Assembly (NCBI GenBank): GCA_027925225.1
Contig: AP027131.1
Span: forward strand, 510,001-542,000
Length of the DNA: 32,000 nucleotides
DNA from: Candidatus Saccharimonadota bacterium
GTDB taxonomy: Bacteria; Bacillota_I; Bacilli_A; Mycoplasmatales; Hepatoplasmataceae
Direction of reading: 5' to 3'
In this document: one piece after another, positions 20,582-32,000 of the stretch
How the letters are laid out: every line of letters begins with the position of its first letter
Numbering within the stretch: the stretch's first letter is position 1
The notes under the pieces: model-generated
Told to the model about the DNA's origin: nothing
Seen by the model: the letters and a program-made list of their open reading frames with translations, nothing else
Database searches by the model: none
Translations under genes and position numbers: made by a program

Positions 20582-21847
20582 TTAATTTATTAAATCAATT
20601 TCAAAAATAATATTTTTTAAATTATTTATATCTTTTTTAACTCAAAAAATAAAATTTCCATATCTTAATTGTGTATCTATTTTAAATTCATAATTTTTAT
20701 TTTTTCTTTTTTGAATTCTTAAAAATCACTCTTCTAATGTTGTTTTTTTTGAGATATTTGAAGGCATTTTATAACTTGGAAAATATGTTTTAAATAAATA
20801 TTGAATTGTTACATTTTTTTCTACAATAAATTGAGAATCATCCATCTTATAAACACCATCTTCTTTTACATCAAATTCATCATAAATATTTCCTATTAAA
20901 GTTTCAACAATATCTTCCACAGTAATAATTCCAATAAGAACATTACTTTTTTCTACAATTGCACAAATTTTTTGTCTATTTTTCTTAAGATCCTTTAAAA
21001 TTTTTTGAATTGAATAATCTTTTTTAAAACTTAAAAATGGATAAAAATAATCTTGAGCTTTTATATTTTTATTGTCTAAATATGCTATTAAAAACTTTTT
21101 AACATTTCAAAAATATTTAATTTTACCACTTTTATCGAGTACAGGAACTCTTGTAACATCAGCTTTTTTTGCATATTCATAATATTCATCAGAATCTAAA
21201 TCATTATAAACATATTTCATATTAGATTTTTTTATCATAATATCAATTGCTTTTGTTTCATCAAATCTTAAAGTTGCTTTTATTATTTTTCTTTCATGTT
21301 TTGATGTAATACCAAATCTTTCGGCCTCTAAAACAGTTTCCATAAGTTCATCTTCGTTTTTAATAGATGAGCCTTCATTTTGTTTAATAAGTAAATTTGA
21401 AAGATAAGTAATAGGGGAAAGAATTTTACCCAAAATTGTAATAAAAAAAGAAAGTTTCATTATCCCTTTTTCAGAATATTTTCTAGCAAACATTTTAGGA
21501 AGAAGTTCGCCAAGAAAAACTATTAAAAAAGTCATTAAGAAAAATGAAACTAATGATGCTACTATTGCATCATCAAAAATATACTCAAAATAAAAAGCCG
21601 CAAATGTTGTTGCAAGTACATTTATGACGTTATTCATTACAACAATTGTTGTAATTACTCTATTATAGTCCTCTAAAAAAGCTAGTACTCTTTTCGCTCT
21701 TTTTTTATCTTTTTTATTACCATTTTTTAAAATTAAGTTTAATCTAACTTTGTTTGTTGAAGCATGGGCAATTTCCGAAAAAGAAAATAACCCAGATAAA
21801 AAAACAAGGAAAACTATTAAGAAGGCGCCAATTATTGTAAAAACCAT
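20582..21847 (-). CDS. HlyC/CorC (CNNM/DUF21 + CBS pair + CorC_HlyC) family transporter-associated protein
   Basis: Track ORFs 21107-21847 and 20726-20920 share one frame. I translated the gap and it is open through TGA. There is an N-terminal four-helix membrane domain, then a CBS region (TRVPVLDKSGKI..., CAIVEKSNVLIGIITVEDIVETLIGNIYDEFD) and a C-terminal domain ending at the TAA at 20584-20582. Confidence 0.85.
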
Positions 21848-22004
21848 TATTTTATTTAATTATTTTTTAAAATTAAAAAATTCTAAAAAAATAAATCAAC
21901 ATGTAAATATTTTACAAGAAAAAAGCATTATTTAAAATAGAAAATTATATTTTATTAAAAAGATATTTAAAAAGACCAATATAATATATTTAAAGTTTCA
22001 AAAT

Positions 22005-22895
22005 ATGGAAAATACAAAAAAAGTAAAATCAATAAATAAAAAAGATCAAATTGTAAAATTAAACAAAAAGAAAATTATTATTATTTTTCTCATAATAATT
22101 ATTCTTGTTGCCAGTCTTGGAGTTGGACTTTATTTTGCTTTTAGGCCAGATAAAACACCTCTTCCAGGAGGAGCTGCAAATTGAGTTAGTGTAAATGAAG
22201 CAAAAAATAAAGTAGAAGAAACATCTGATGGAACAGAAGAAAATCCGGAAATAGTAGGTGTATATTTTGGAATTGAAAATAGTGATATTTCAAAATTAGC
22301 ACTTTATGGAAATGAATATAGCGATGAAGAACAATGAGATGATTTAAGTGGACCTTTTTCAGAATATTTAGAAAGCGGTAATGCTGAAATAAGTTGATAT
22401 TGTATAAATTCTTCAAATGAAACAGATAATCAAAAAAATATAGAAAATTTTTTCTACAATAATAATTCAAGTGATGAAGAACGCGGAATTTATGATAACG
22501 CAATAAACGAAGGATGATCTAATGCGTGATTCGGTGGAGAAGCAGATAATAATTCAATAAACTTTAATGCAAATGGTAAAGATTATTGAAATGAAGTAGA
22601 TATATCTTTTGAACAAGAATCGGATGATGACAGTTTAGACGACGATAATGATTATACTTTAACATTTAAAGGAATTGGCCAACCTATAACAATTGATTAC
22701 ACAATGCCTACATGAATGTGATTTAGAAATGGTGAATTATATGCAATGGTAAATGGAATGGCTCACAACGAAGATGAAGAGACAGGTGAAATAACAATAG
22801 CAGATGGAAGTGTAGGCGAAAGTAAAATTAATGAAGAATATTGGTTTGATATGGAAGAAATTGTTCTTAATGAAGAAATAAATAAAAAACCTTAA
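22005..22895 (+). CDS. Hypothetical membrane-anchored, acidic, Trp-rich protein (296 aa)
   Basis: I checked the frame codon by codon at both ends; the middle was translated by eye. It is open from the ATG at 22005 to the TAA at 22893-22895 with about ten in-frame TGA codons. A basic N-terminus is followed by one TM helix (IIIIFLIIIILVASLGVGLYFAF) and then a D/E/N-rich domain. It is absent from the track, which shows a spurious antisense ORF (22186-22503) instead. Confidence 0.65.
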
Positions 22896-23737
22896 TTTCT
22901 ATAATTTTGGCCTTTTAAATCTATTTCATCGGCCAATGCTTTAATTCTTTCTATTATTCTTAATGAGGAAAGTTTATCTTGTTCATCTGATTTTAAAATT
23001 AATTTCTTTTGATAATTATTTATAGATATATTTGAAGTAAATAAAGTAAGTTTTTTATTTTGCTCTCTATAATTTAAGATTGTAAAAAGAATATTATTTC
23101 TAAATCATTCTGATGTTTTTTCTGATCCAATATCATCTATTAGTAAAATATTAGAGTTTTTATAAAATTCTATTTTATTTAAAAATGTAATATTTTCTTG
23201 TATATTGGAATTAAATGAAGAAGAAAACTCAGGAAGAAATAAATATGCGACTTTATTATTTTTTTCTGCAAGTTTATTTAAAAAAGCAATGCTTATGTAT
23301 GTTTTGCCTACTCCAAAATTTCCCTTTAATCAATATCCTTTTGTAAAAATATTATCAACTCTACCTTTAATAATATTTTCAATTTTTTTAAAAAGAATTT
23401 CTCTGTCCTTTTTTTTATAAATATCATTAAAAAGATCTATTTGATAAAGCTCATCATTTTCAAAACTTGATAAATAATTTTCTTTAATTTTATTTATTTT
23501 ATATTTTAAATTTGTATTTTTAGAATTAATTGTAGAGTATTCTAAAATTTTGCCATTTCTATTAACATCAATAATGTATTTAAAATAAGTATTTTTATCT
23601 TGTGTTAAATAATTAAAAATTATATTTTCTTTGTCTAGAATTTCTTCATCACTAACAGAAAAGGAAATAAATTTTTTATAAAGGTCAGGGTTATATTCCT
23701 TTATTTTATTTTTTATTAATGCTATTTTCTCATTCAT
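22892..23737 (-). CDS. dnaI: Primosomal helicase loader DnaI/DnaC-like AAA+ ATPase
   Basis: Track ORF 23330-23737 continues through TGA. The downstream part reads LKGNFGVGKTYISIAFLNKLA (Walker A) and ILLIDDIGSE (Walker B). It ends at the TAA at 22894-22892. Confidence 0.8.
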
Positions 23738-24914
23738 TTAATCAACCAAAATTAGATTCTATTTTTTCAAGATAATCTGACACTTCTTCATTATTTTTTT
23801 TATCTTTAATATTAAAACTTATTTCCTCTGTTTTTTCTCTGTGTTTTTTAATTTGATATGCTACCTTTAAGTAATTAATGATTTCTTCATCTTTTAAAAT
23901 TTTTAATTTTAAAAGAGTATTTGAAATACTATAAATATAATTAGCAATAATTAATCCTCCATTTACAATATTTGAATAATCAATTAAAACATTAATAATA
24001 TAATCACTAAAATTATATTTTTCTTTTAAAGTAGAAATTATTTTTAAATCAGCTTTATTTACTTCTCGGTTAAGTATAAGATTTAAAAAATCTAATGAAT
24101 TTGTATTTTTTAGCATTTTCTCTTTATTTTGTAAGCTAATTTTTTCTGATTCAATTATTTTATCAAGATTTTGAATTTTAAAATTAAATTTTTGTTTTAC
24201 AACATCATAAAAACTTTTAGAATCTATAACAATATTATTTTTTTTCATATATTTAAAAATATCTAATAAATCTAAAAGAGAAAGTTTATAAAGAATTATT
24301 ACATCTTTTAATACTTCTTCTAATTCAATATTTCAAAATTTTTTATAATTAATTTTTGTTTCTTCTAAAACATTAAATAATGGTAAAAAATCTAATTTTA
24401 TTGTATTTTTATCAATAAAAGCTTTTTTATTTAAATCAACTTGATAATTTGTAGAAATTAATTTAAAGTTTTCATTGTGATTATAAATTTTAAAAATATA
24501 ATTTTTTAAATTTAAATCGTAATTTTCTTTGCCTATTTTTGAAATTAGTAATTCTTTTAATTTCAAATTATCATTAAAACTCAAAATACCAACTGGGGGT
24601 TTTATTACGTAAATATATTCATCTTTTTCTTTGTTTTTATAAACTTCTATTAAATTTAAAAATTCTAAATATTTAATTCCTTTTTCAATATCAATTATTT
24701 TTAAATTTAAAAAATCAACTAATCTTTGATTTGATAAAAAATAAAGATTAGAAAAACTATTTTGTCCTTCTGAAAAAAGAAATAAATATAAACTATAAGC
24801 TTTTGTATCTATAATTGGAAGATAAAAATTTGAAAAATACGCAAAATCTAGATTAAAAATTTTACTCATTCTTACTTTATATTTTCCAATTATTGAAAAT
24901 TTTCTATTATCCAT
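23706..24914 (-). CDS. dnaB: Replication initiation / membrane attachment protein, DnaB (Firmicutes-type, DnaD-domain) family
   Basis: Track ORFs 24333-24914 and 23742-24248 share one frame and I translated the gap as open. The N-terminal FYLPIIDTKAYSLYLFL matches the Y-x-P-I-I-G-x-x-A-x-x-LY motif of Bacillus-type DnaB/DnaD. Its position directly upstream of dnaI matches the Firmicutes dnaB-dnaI operon. The frame reads through the TGA at 23744-23742 to the TAA at 23708-23706. Confidence 0.65.
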
Positions 24915-25473
24915 TTTTTTTATTTGTCTTTTTAAGATTAAAAAATTCTATAAATTTTTCTACTTCTTCATCACTGATTCCATTTGTTGTATCAACAGTA
25001 TAATCATAATTTGCATCATTGTTTCACTTTTTAAAAAGAAATTTTAAAAATAATTCATTTCTAATATTTCTTTTTTCTAATCTTCTTACAATTTCTTTAT
25101 TTGATGCTGTAATTAAAACAATTTTATCATAAGAAAAACTTATAGGGGAATTACTAATAATTGGTAATTCTGCAACATAATTATCCTTATCTTCTAAATA
25201 ATCTTTTACTATAGGATGAATTAATTCATTTAATCTTTTTAAAATTTCAGAATTTTTTAATATTTCTTCTCTAAGTTTTTTTCTATCTACCTCTTTTTTG
25301 TTTACAAATTCTGAACCTAAGTTTTCTTTTATTATTAAATATCCTGGTTTATTAAATTTATATGAATCTGCAATAAAAGTATCAGCATTAAATGTTGGAA
25401 TACCTTTTTCAGCAATTTTTTTTAAAAATGTTGTTTTTCCAGAACCTGGTGGTCCTACTAAAATTACTCTCAT
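24907..25473 (-). CDS. coaE: Dephospho-CoA kinase
   Basis: MRVILVGPPGSGKTTF is the P-loop and is followed by FNADTF. The frame continues through the TGA at 25026-25024 to the TAA at 24909-24907, giving 188 aa. Confidence 0.8.
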
Positions 25474-26291
25474 AGTTTTTGTTCATTTGGACAAAAATAT
25501 GTCCCTCTCCCTCCTACTTTTATAATTTTAATTTTTTCTCCACAATTTTTACAATATTTATTTTTATATTGATGAACAATTAATTTGTTTTGAAAAAGAC
25601 CTTCATTTCCTGCTGCACTGTATGTTTTTATTGTTGATCCACCAAGTTCAATTGCTTCTTCTAAAATTTTTTTTGAGTGCTTTAAAACTTCTCTTAATTT
25701 ATCTTTTGAAATAGTATTTGTTTTTTGTAAAGGATGTATTTTTGCCCTATAAAGAACTTCATCAACATAAATATTTCCTAATCCCGCTATATTATGTTGA
25801 TCTAAAAGAACTACCTTAATGGGGCTAGATTTTTTCTTAACTTTTTCAAAAAAACTATCTATATCTATATCCCATGGTTCAAATCCTATTTTTTTTAATA
25901 CATTTAAATTTCTTATATTTTTATCTTTTTTAAAATATATATCTACGGTAGCAAATTTTCTGTGATCTGTAAAATTAAAAAATAAATCATCTAATTGCAT
26001 TAAAAAAATTGAATGAATTAAATTAAAATGAGTAGGTTGCTCTTTGTAAAAATTTATCTTACCCTCCATTCTTAAATGAATTACTAAATAAAAATTAGTT
26101 AATTCAAAAATAATATATTTGCCTAATGTTTTAATATCATATATTTTCTGATTTTTTAAAAGATCAAGATTTTCAATTTCATTATCATGTAAGGATTTTT
26201 TGGTTTTTAAATCAAAATCTAATATCTTTTTACCTAAAAGATTTTCTCTTAAATATTTACTTACTGTTCTAACTTCAGGTAATTCTGGCAT
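25464..26291 (-). CDS. fpg: Formamidopyrimidine-DNA glycosylase
   Basis: The start at 26291 gives the canonical MPELPEV N-terminus, 6 nt after GGAGGT. A C-terminal zinc finger CKNCGEKIKIIKVGGRGTYFCP is present. The track start at 26336 is probably too far upstream. The frame ends ...QKLWE with the TAA at 25466-25464. Confidence 0.9.
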
Positions 26292-26591
26292 ATTTACCTC
26301 CAAAATATAAATAAAAAAACTTTGTATTAAAAACAAACAGCAAAATTCCTTTATCTTTTAAAAAGTATATAACTTATATAAAGATAAAATAAAGAAAATT
26401 GTAATTACTTTTCTGAAATTCTTTCTTTTAAAATTTCATTTGTTATTTTTAAAAAATAATCAAACCATTCATAAATGTTTTGCTTTATATAAAAAACATC
26501 ACTTTTCTTTTTTTCGATACTTTATATTAAAAAAATATTTTTATTAATATAAAATTTCTCAAATTTTAATCTTTCTAAAATAATAGTAAAA

Positions 26592-27479
26592 CTAAAGATT
26601 TAATTTTTTGATTACATTAAAAAGCTTTTTATTTTCTAATCATTTTTTTAATTCAGAGTTAGGTTTTTTTGGTAGCAGGGAATTAAATTCTGGTTTTATT
26701 TCTCCCTTTAATTTTATTTTGGCTAATTCTTTTGATTTTAAACCTCTTTTTTTTCCATTTAAAATTTTTTCTTTTGTTTTGCCTTTTAATTCTTCTACAT
26801 TATCAAAAATTCTTTCAATACTATAATATTTATTCAATAAATCAATAGCGGTTTTTTCTCCTATTCCATGTATACCACTTAAATTGTCAGAAGAGTCTCC
26901 CATAAGACCTTTTAAATCTGGAATTTGGATTGGTGAAAGGCCATTAAATTTTTCATAAAAATTTTCATTTGTATAATCATCCATATTAGTAACACCAACT
27001 TTTGATAAATGAACACTTACATTCTCATCTACAAGTTGTAAAAGATCATAATCTGAAGTAACAATATCTACAAAATAATTTTGTTTTTTTGCAGCTTCTG
27101 CATAAATCCCAATAATATCATCTGCCTCATTTTTTAAAAACTCATCATCTTCTATTCATTTAATACCAAAAAGATCTAAAAATTCTTTTGCAATTGGTAT
27201 TTGTGCATATAGCTCATCGGGTTGTTTTTTTCTTTTTGCTTTATAAAAATCATATTCATGTCTAAATGTTTTTACTCCTTTTGCATCAAAAGCTACAAGA
27301 ATTAAAGAATCTTTATACATCAATCTTAAATTTATAATCATAAATGCAAATAATCTTATTGCATTTATAGGTTCATTATCATCTGTTCTTTCTTCGCCTT
27401 TTTTAAGTCTAAAATAGCTTGCATAAAAAGATTTAAATAACAAAGAATTACCATCTATTAATAAAATACTTTTATTCAT
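26592..27479 (-). CDS. polA: 5'-3' exonuclease (Pol I N-terminal domain homolog, FEN-like)
   Basis: MNKSILLIDGNSLLFKSFYA begins 6 nt after AGGAAG. The helix-hairpin-helix region reads GDSSDNLSGIHGIGEKTAIDLL. Track ORFs 27156-27503 and 26640-26984 share the frame, which extends through the TGA at 26642-26640 to the TAG at 26594-26592. Confidence 0.9.
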
Positions 27480-27512
27480 ATTTCTTCCTTTAAATAATAG
27501 CATTCCAGCAAA

Positions 27513-30383
27513 CTAAGAGGTTTCATTTTTTTTTGTAATATTTTTTAAATCTTTTACTATTATTGTTTTATTTATTTTTAAATCTAATTTTCCTTCTATT
27601 ACATAAATATTTCCAACAATAATATTTTCTTTAAATTTAGAGAAAGCTCCTGGCCAAAAAGTTATTGTTATTTTGCCTGTTCCGTCATTTAAAGTAGCAA
27701 AAGCCATTTCTTTATTTCATTTTGTATTTTGAGTTCGTAATGATATAAGTTCTCCAGCAATAATATAATCTTTGTTTTGTTCATCTGTTATTTCATTAAT
27801 AGAAGAATAAAAAGAAAAATTTTCTTTTACAAAGTTTTTATATTTTTCAAAAGTACTTTCTTGAAGAGAAAAACCATAAGCATCAATTTCAAATTCAGAA
27901 TAATTTCCTTTAGGATATTCTTTTAAAATTGGTTTTTCGACAATTGAATAATCAAAAATATATTCACCATTTTTTTTAATTGTAATAAGTTTTCCATACT
28001 CAATTATTCTGTCTAAATTTTTAAGCATTGTATTTCTTGTAATTTCAAAATAATCTAAACATCCGCCCTTTATTAAGGTAATAATATTTGAATGACTAAC
28101 ACTTCTCATTGAAATTCTTACAATGAAATCTATAAAATCTATAAACTCTTCTTTTTCTTTTTCAATACTTATTTCATTTAATGTATTAACACCAACACCA
28201 ATGAGTGCTTCAAGTCCAATTTGAATTGTTTTATCATCTATTTTAGAATATTTAAATGATTCATTTTTTAAAGAAGAAGGAACAATTTTAATTTCTAGTT
28301 TATTAAACTCAGAAATATAAAATACTGTTTTATTTTTATTTCCAATTACTGAATTTAATAAACTAATAGCAAATTCTATTAAGTAATATGTTTTTAAATA
28401 TGCAAGTTGATAAGAAATAATAGAATATGCAAATGCATGAGATCTATTAAAACCATAATTTGCAAATTCATAAATTAAATTATAAACATGATTTATAATT
28501 TTTTCTTTATGATTAAGATTTCTTGCCCCTTCAAAAAAATCAATCCTAATTTTTTTTAAAGCATTATCATCTTTTTTACCAATTGCTCTCCTAAATAAAT
28601 CAGCTTTCGCTAAATCAAATCCAGCAAATATTTGTACAATTTGTAAAATTTGTTCTTGATAAACAATTATTCCGTAAGTATCTTCTAAAATATGCATAAA
28701 AGAGGGGTCAATAATTTCTATTTCTTGATTACCGTGTTTTCTTTTTATAAAAGAAGATATTTGTTGAATTGGACCAGGTCTAAATAGTGAAGTAGAAGCC
28801 ACTAAATCTTCAAATTTATCAGGTTTTAATTCTTTTAAAAGTCTTATCATTCCAGGTGATTCAAATTGAAAAATTCCTGCTGTGTTTCCATTTGAAAATA
28901 ATTTATAAACATTTTCATCATTAAAATTAATATTTTTTAAATCAATATTTTTTTTATATTCTTTTGCAATCCTTTCTAAAATTTCGTTTATAAAAGATAA
29001 ATTTCTTAATCCCAAAATATCAACTTTAATAAGTCCATTTGTTTCTAAATAATTCATTGAATATTGCGTTTGTAAAATATTCTCATTATATCCAGACTGA
29101 ATAGGAACAAATTTATCAATATCGTCATTTGCAATAACGAGTCCAGCAGCATGTGTTGAAAATTGTCTTACAAGTCCTTCTAATTTTTTTGCAAAATCAA
29201 AAGATTTTTTATAATTTTCTTTGCTTTCAATTAAATACTTAAATTCTTTGTTTTTTTGATAACTTTCTTCTAAATTTTTTGTATCTAAAACAAGTTTTGT
29301 TACTTTGTTTGCTTCTGTTGGATTTATATCATAAAGTCTAAAAGCATCTTTTAAAGCTAATTTAGCTTTAAAGGATTGAAATGTAATAATAGAAGCGACT
29401 CTATTGTATCCATATTTTTTTACAATATATTTTAAAACTTCATCTCTTCTTGTATCCTCAAAATCAATATCAATATCAGGCATTGATATTCTCATCGGAT
29501 TTAAAAATCTTTCAAAAATAAGGTTATTTTTAATTGGGTCTATTTCAGTAATGTTTAAAAGAAAAACAATAAGCGAACCAGCAGCAGAGCCCCTTCCAGG
29601 ACCAACAAGTATTTTTTGTTCTTTTGCAAAATTTATTATATCTTCAACCATTAAAAAATATGCTTCAAATCCCATATCTGAAATAATTTTAAATTCATAA
29701 TTTACTCTTTTTAAATATTCGTCTTTTTTAAGATTTTTATTTTTCGATAAATAAATTTGCAAATTTTTTACTAATTTATCTTTTAAAATTTTGTGAACCT
29801 TTTCTTTGGTTTTTGCAAAGACTAAAAAAGGAAAGGAGATTTTTATTTTTGGAAAAATAATATTAACCTTATTAGCTATATTATTAATTTCATTTAATTT
29901 ACTTTCTCCATATTTTTTAACAAATTCTTCTTTTGTAAGTAATTTTTCTAAATTTTTTTCTTCTAGAAAAATATTATTTGCTTTTGCAAATAAAAATAAA
30001 TCATTTTTATCTTCTTCATTTAAATAAGAATGAGTAGGAAAATTTTTTTCTATTTCAATTAAATTTTTATCAATATGTTTTAATGAAAAATCGCCTTTTG
30101 TATTTATTTCTGATGAAATTAAAATTAATTTTTTATATCCTTCATAGTTTTTAGGAATTAAAATTTTATTATAATTTTTTGTTTCTACTTCAAGTCCTAT
30201 TATTGCTTTAATTCCAACATTTTTTGCTTTGCTAAAAAAAATATTTGCAGAATAAAGAATATTTTTTTCAATTATAAAAGCATATTCATAATTATTTTCT
30301 TTTGCAAAAGAAATAATTTTATTAATACTTAAAAAAGATGAAAAAAATGTATAAGAAGTTCGTACTCAAAAATTAGGATTCAC
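27513..30383 (-). CDS. dnaE: DNA polymerase III alpha subunit
   Basis: The GTG start at 30383 follows an upstream in-frame TAG four codons earlier and gives (M)NPNFWVRTSYTFFSS, a PHP-domain N-terminus. The core contains ILVGPGRGSAAGSLIVFLLNITEIDPI and NRSHAFAYS. An OB-fold tail lies in track ORF 27513-27707. All pieces share one frame, for 956 aa. Confidence 0.95.
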
Positions 30384-31308
30384 TGTTTTTCTCTAATTCT
30401 CCAATCATTTTTTTTATTTCTCTTTTATTTTTAGCTTTTGCTCCAGCAGCATTTTTATGTCCACCACCATTAAATTTATTTGCAACTTTATTTATTGGTT
30501 TGCTTTTTGAACGAAGAGAAATTTTATAAAGTTTTTCATTACTATTTCAAATTGCATAAAGTGCATATTTAGTATTTTTTCCTCCAAAAATTAAATTCAC
30601 CATTGAAGTAGCTTCATTAAAATTAATTTTAAATTTTTTTTCAATTCCTTTTTTTAAAACAATATAAGAAATTTCTCCTTTATTCTTATATTTAAGCATA
30701 ATATATCCTGAAAATTTAATCATTTTATCATCTTTTTTGTAAATTTCTTTATAAATACTTTCTAGATTAACACCTTCTTCTAAAAGTTTATATGAATAAT
30801 AAAAAGAGTCTTTTTTTGTATTTTTATAAAGAAATCTTCCTGTGTCAGTAATTATTCCTACCATCAGAAATTTTGCAATTTCTTTATTTATTTTAAGTTT
30901 TTTTTCTTCAAAAATAATTTTTGCAATAACCTCGGCACAAGAGGAAGCATTTTCTTCAATTATTTCTAAATTTGCATATTTTTCAACAAAAACATGATGA
31001 TCAATTTTTAATATAAATTGACCAAATTTTCAATTATCATCAGAAATTCTATCTTTATTTGCAGTATCAACTACAATAACAAGACTATTTTTATAAATAG
31101 AATTATTAATTACATCTAATTTTGGAAAAATTGAAGATAAATATTTTGGGCATTCATCACCAACAGCATAAACTTTTTTATCTGGAAAATTAAGTTTTAT
31201 TAATTCTTTTAAAGAAAACTGAGAAGCTAGAGCATCACCATCAGGATTAACGTGTCTATGGATAATTATTGAATCGTATTTTTTAATAAAAGATAAAAAT
31301 GATTTCAT
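30373..31308 (-). CDS. nrnA: DHH/DHHA1 family phosphoesterase (NrnA-like oligoribonuclease / pAp phosphatase)
   Basis: IIIHRHVNPDGDALAS is the DHH N-terminal motif, with DTAN and DHHV downstream. The C-terminal FNGGGHKNAAGA is the DHHA1 GGGH motif. Track ORFs 31030-31308 and 30547-30864 share the frame. The gene ends at the TAA at 30375-30373, overlapping the dnaE start. Confidence 0.85.
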
Positions 31309-31334
31309 TATTTTTTTCTATAGAAATAATAATT

Positions 31335-31574
31335 TTAATTACTTTTCTTAATATCAGGACCATAAATAAATTTAAAAATTGAAAAAAGTATAAAAAGTAA
31401 AGAACTTAACTCAATTGCACATCATGCAGAAAGTTTAACAATTTGCTCAGATGATAATATGCTTGGATCGCCAGCATATTTTGCATAACTAGCAATATCA
31501 TAAATATTTCATCCAGCACATAATCCAATCCCTATAAAGAAAAAGAAAATCCCTAAATATTTTAAAAATCACAT
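31335..31574 (-). CDS. Hypothetical small membrane protein (79 aa)
   Basis: The ATG at 31574 lies 9 nt after GGAGAT. The translation is MWFLKYLGIFFFFIGIGLCAGWNIYD...AWCAIELSSLLFILFSIF, with three TGA codons. It ends at the TAA at 31337-31335 and is not in the track. Confidence 0.5.
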
Positions 31575-31655
31575 ATTTTTAATATCTCCTTTTTTTAAAA
31601 AAGTAAAAATTTTAATTAAAAAAATTATACTATTATAATTTTTTTAAAAAACATT

Positions 31656-32000
31656 CTATTCATAAATTTTATATAATTCAATAATTTTATTTGCCATTCT
31701 TAATGATTCTGAAAGATTACCTTGTATATAATTATTTTCCACCAAATCAATTAATTTATCTATTTTTTTATTTTCTCTATATTTATTTAAAATAACTATT
31801 AAATTTTCTATATATTGATAAAGGTAAGTTATTGAATTTATTTCATTATAAAATAATTTTATATTTGTATTTTCATATTTTAATGATGTATTTTCTTCGT
31901 TTGCGATTATAAAGAAATTATCTTTATATTTTTCTATAAAATCTGAAACTTTACTTTGAAATTTTTGAAATTCTTGTTCCTTAACAAATTTTATTTTCTC
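31656..32000 (-). CDS. Hypothetical protein, C-terminal part (runs off right edge)
   Basis: An open minus-strand frame runs from the window edge to the TAG at 31658-31656 (...NYIQGNLSESLRMANKIIELYKIYE*). No domain recognised. Confidence 0.45.
   Translation of the reverse strand, partial: EKIKFVKEQEFQKFQSKVSDFIEKYKDNFFIIANEENTSLKYENTNIKLFYNEINSITYLYQYIENLIVILNKYRENKKIDKLIDLVENNYIQGNLSESLRMANKIIELYKIYE

Noticed and set aside
26292-26336. Upstream extension of fpg given by the track (MFLIQSFFIYILEVNM...)
   Set aside because: Fpg requires the processed N-terminal Pro of MPELPEV. A GGAGGT Shine-Dalgarno sequence sits 6 nt before the ATG at 26291, inside the proposed extension.
26405-26518. A 37-codon minus-strand frame (IEKKKSDVFYIKQNIYEWFDYFLKITNEILKERISEK*) in the 300-nt gap between the exonuclease gene and fpg
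   Set aside because: An in-frame TAA lies immediately upstream, there is no ATG/GTG/TTG start, and I see no recognisable motif. It is possibly a gene relic, but this is unsupported.
26521-26553. AT-only inverted repeat (tttatattaa ... ttaatataaa) as a terminator for the exonuclease gene
   Set aside because: The stem is made only of A-T pairs. Similar palindromes arise by chance at this composition, and it cannot be distinguished from background by eye.
1-32000. CRISPR arrays, tRNA/rRNA genes, transposases, integrases, IS inverted repeats
   Set aside because: I found no regularly spaced repeat array and no cloverleaf-capable GC-rich ~75 nt segment. The only GC-rich intergenic patch (6255-6319) has no T-arm or acceptor features. 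No recombinase-like translation appeared in any long frame.

Overview
This is a very AT-rich bacterial chromosome segment that only makes sense under genetic code 4 (TGA = Trp). That points to a Mollicutes (Mycoplasma-like) genome; I cannot name the species. The supplied ORF track used the standard code, so most genes appear as 2-4 same-frame fragments split at TGA. After rejoining them I count about 33 protein genes, mostly housekeeping and mostly on the minus strand. They are uvrA (partial), manA, fruA (PTS IIABC), uvrB, a PrkC-like kinase with a PP2C phosphatase, gmk, coaD, rsmD, def, rnj, trpS, a Cof-type HAD phosphatase, a YitT-family protein, a CorC/HlyC-family protein, dnaI, a DnaB/DnaD-type replication initiation protein, coaE, fpg, a 5'-3' exonuclease, dnaE and an NrnA-like DHH phosphoesterase. 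There are also several small membrane proteins and other unknowns. I recognised no rRNA, tRNA, CRISPR array, transposase or integrase. The accessory-looking part is the roughly 7.2 kb between uvrA and uvrB (109-7380). It has a KAP-family P-loop NTPase at one edge and a 310-aa protein with an Rx4H (HEPN, Abi2/AbiD-AbiF-like) motif at the other. That second gene sits between the intact uvrB 3' end and a decayed direct copy of the same 3' end, next to an unusually GC-rich hairpin element. This uvrB-3'-end islet is my best candidate for something undescribed, but the functional reading is inference from motifs only. Other points worth a second look are a (GA)13 microsatellite in frame inside fruA, an A10 tract that separates the kinase domain from its membrane tail, and a Trp-rich acidic surface protein that standard-code ORF calling misses.
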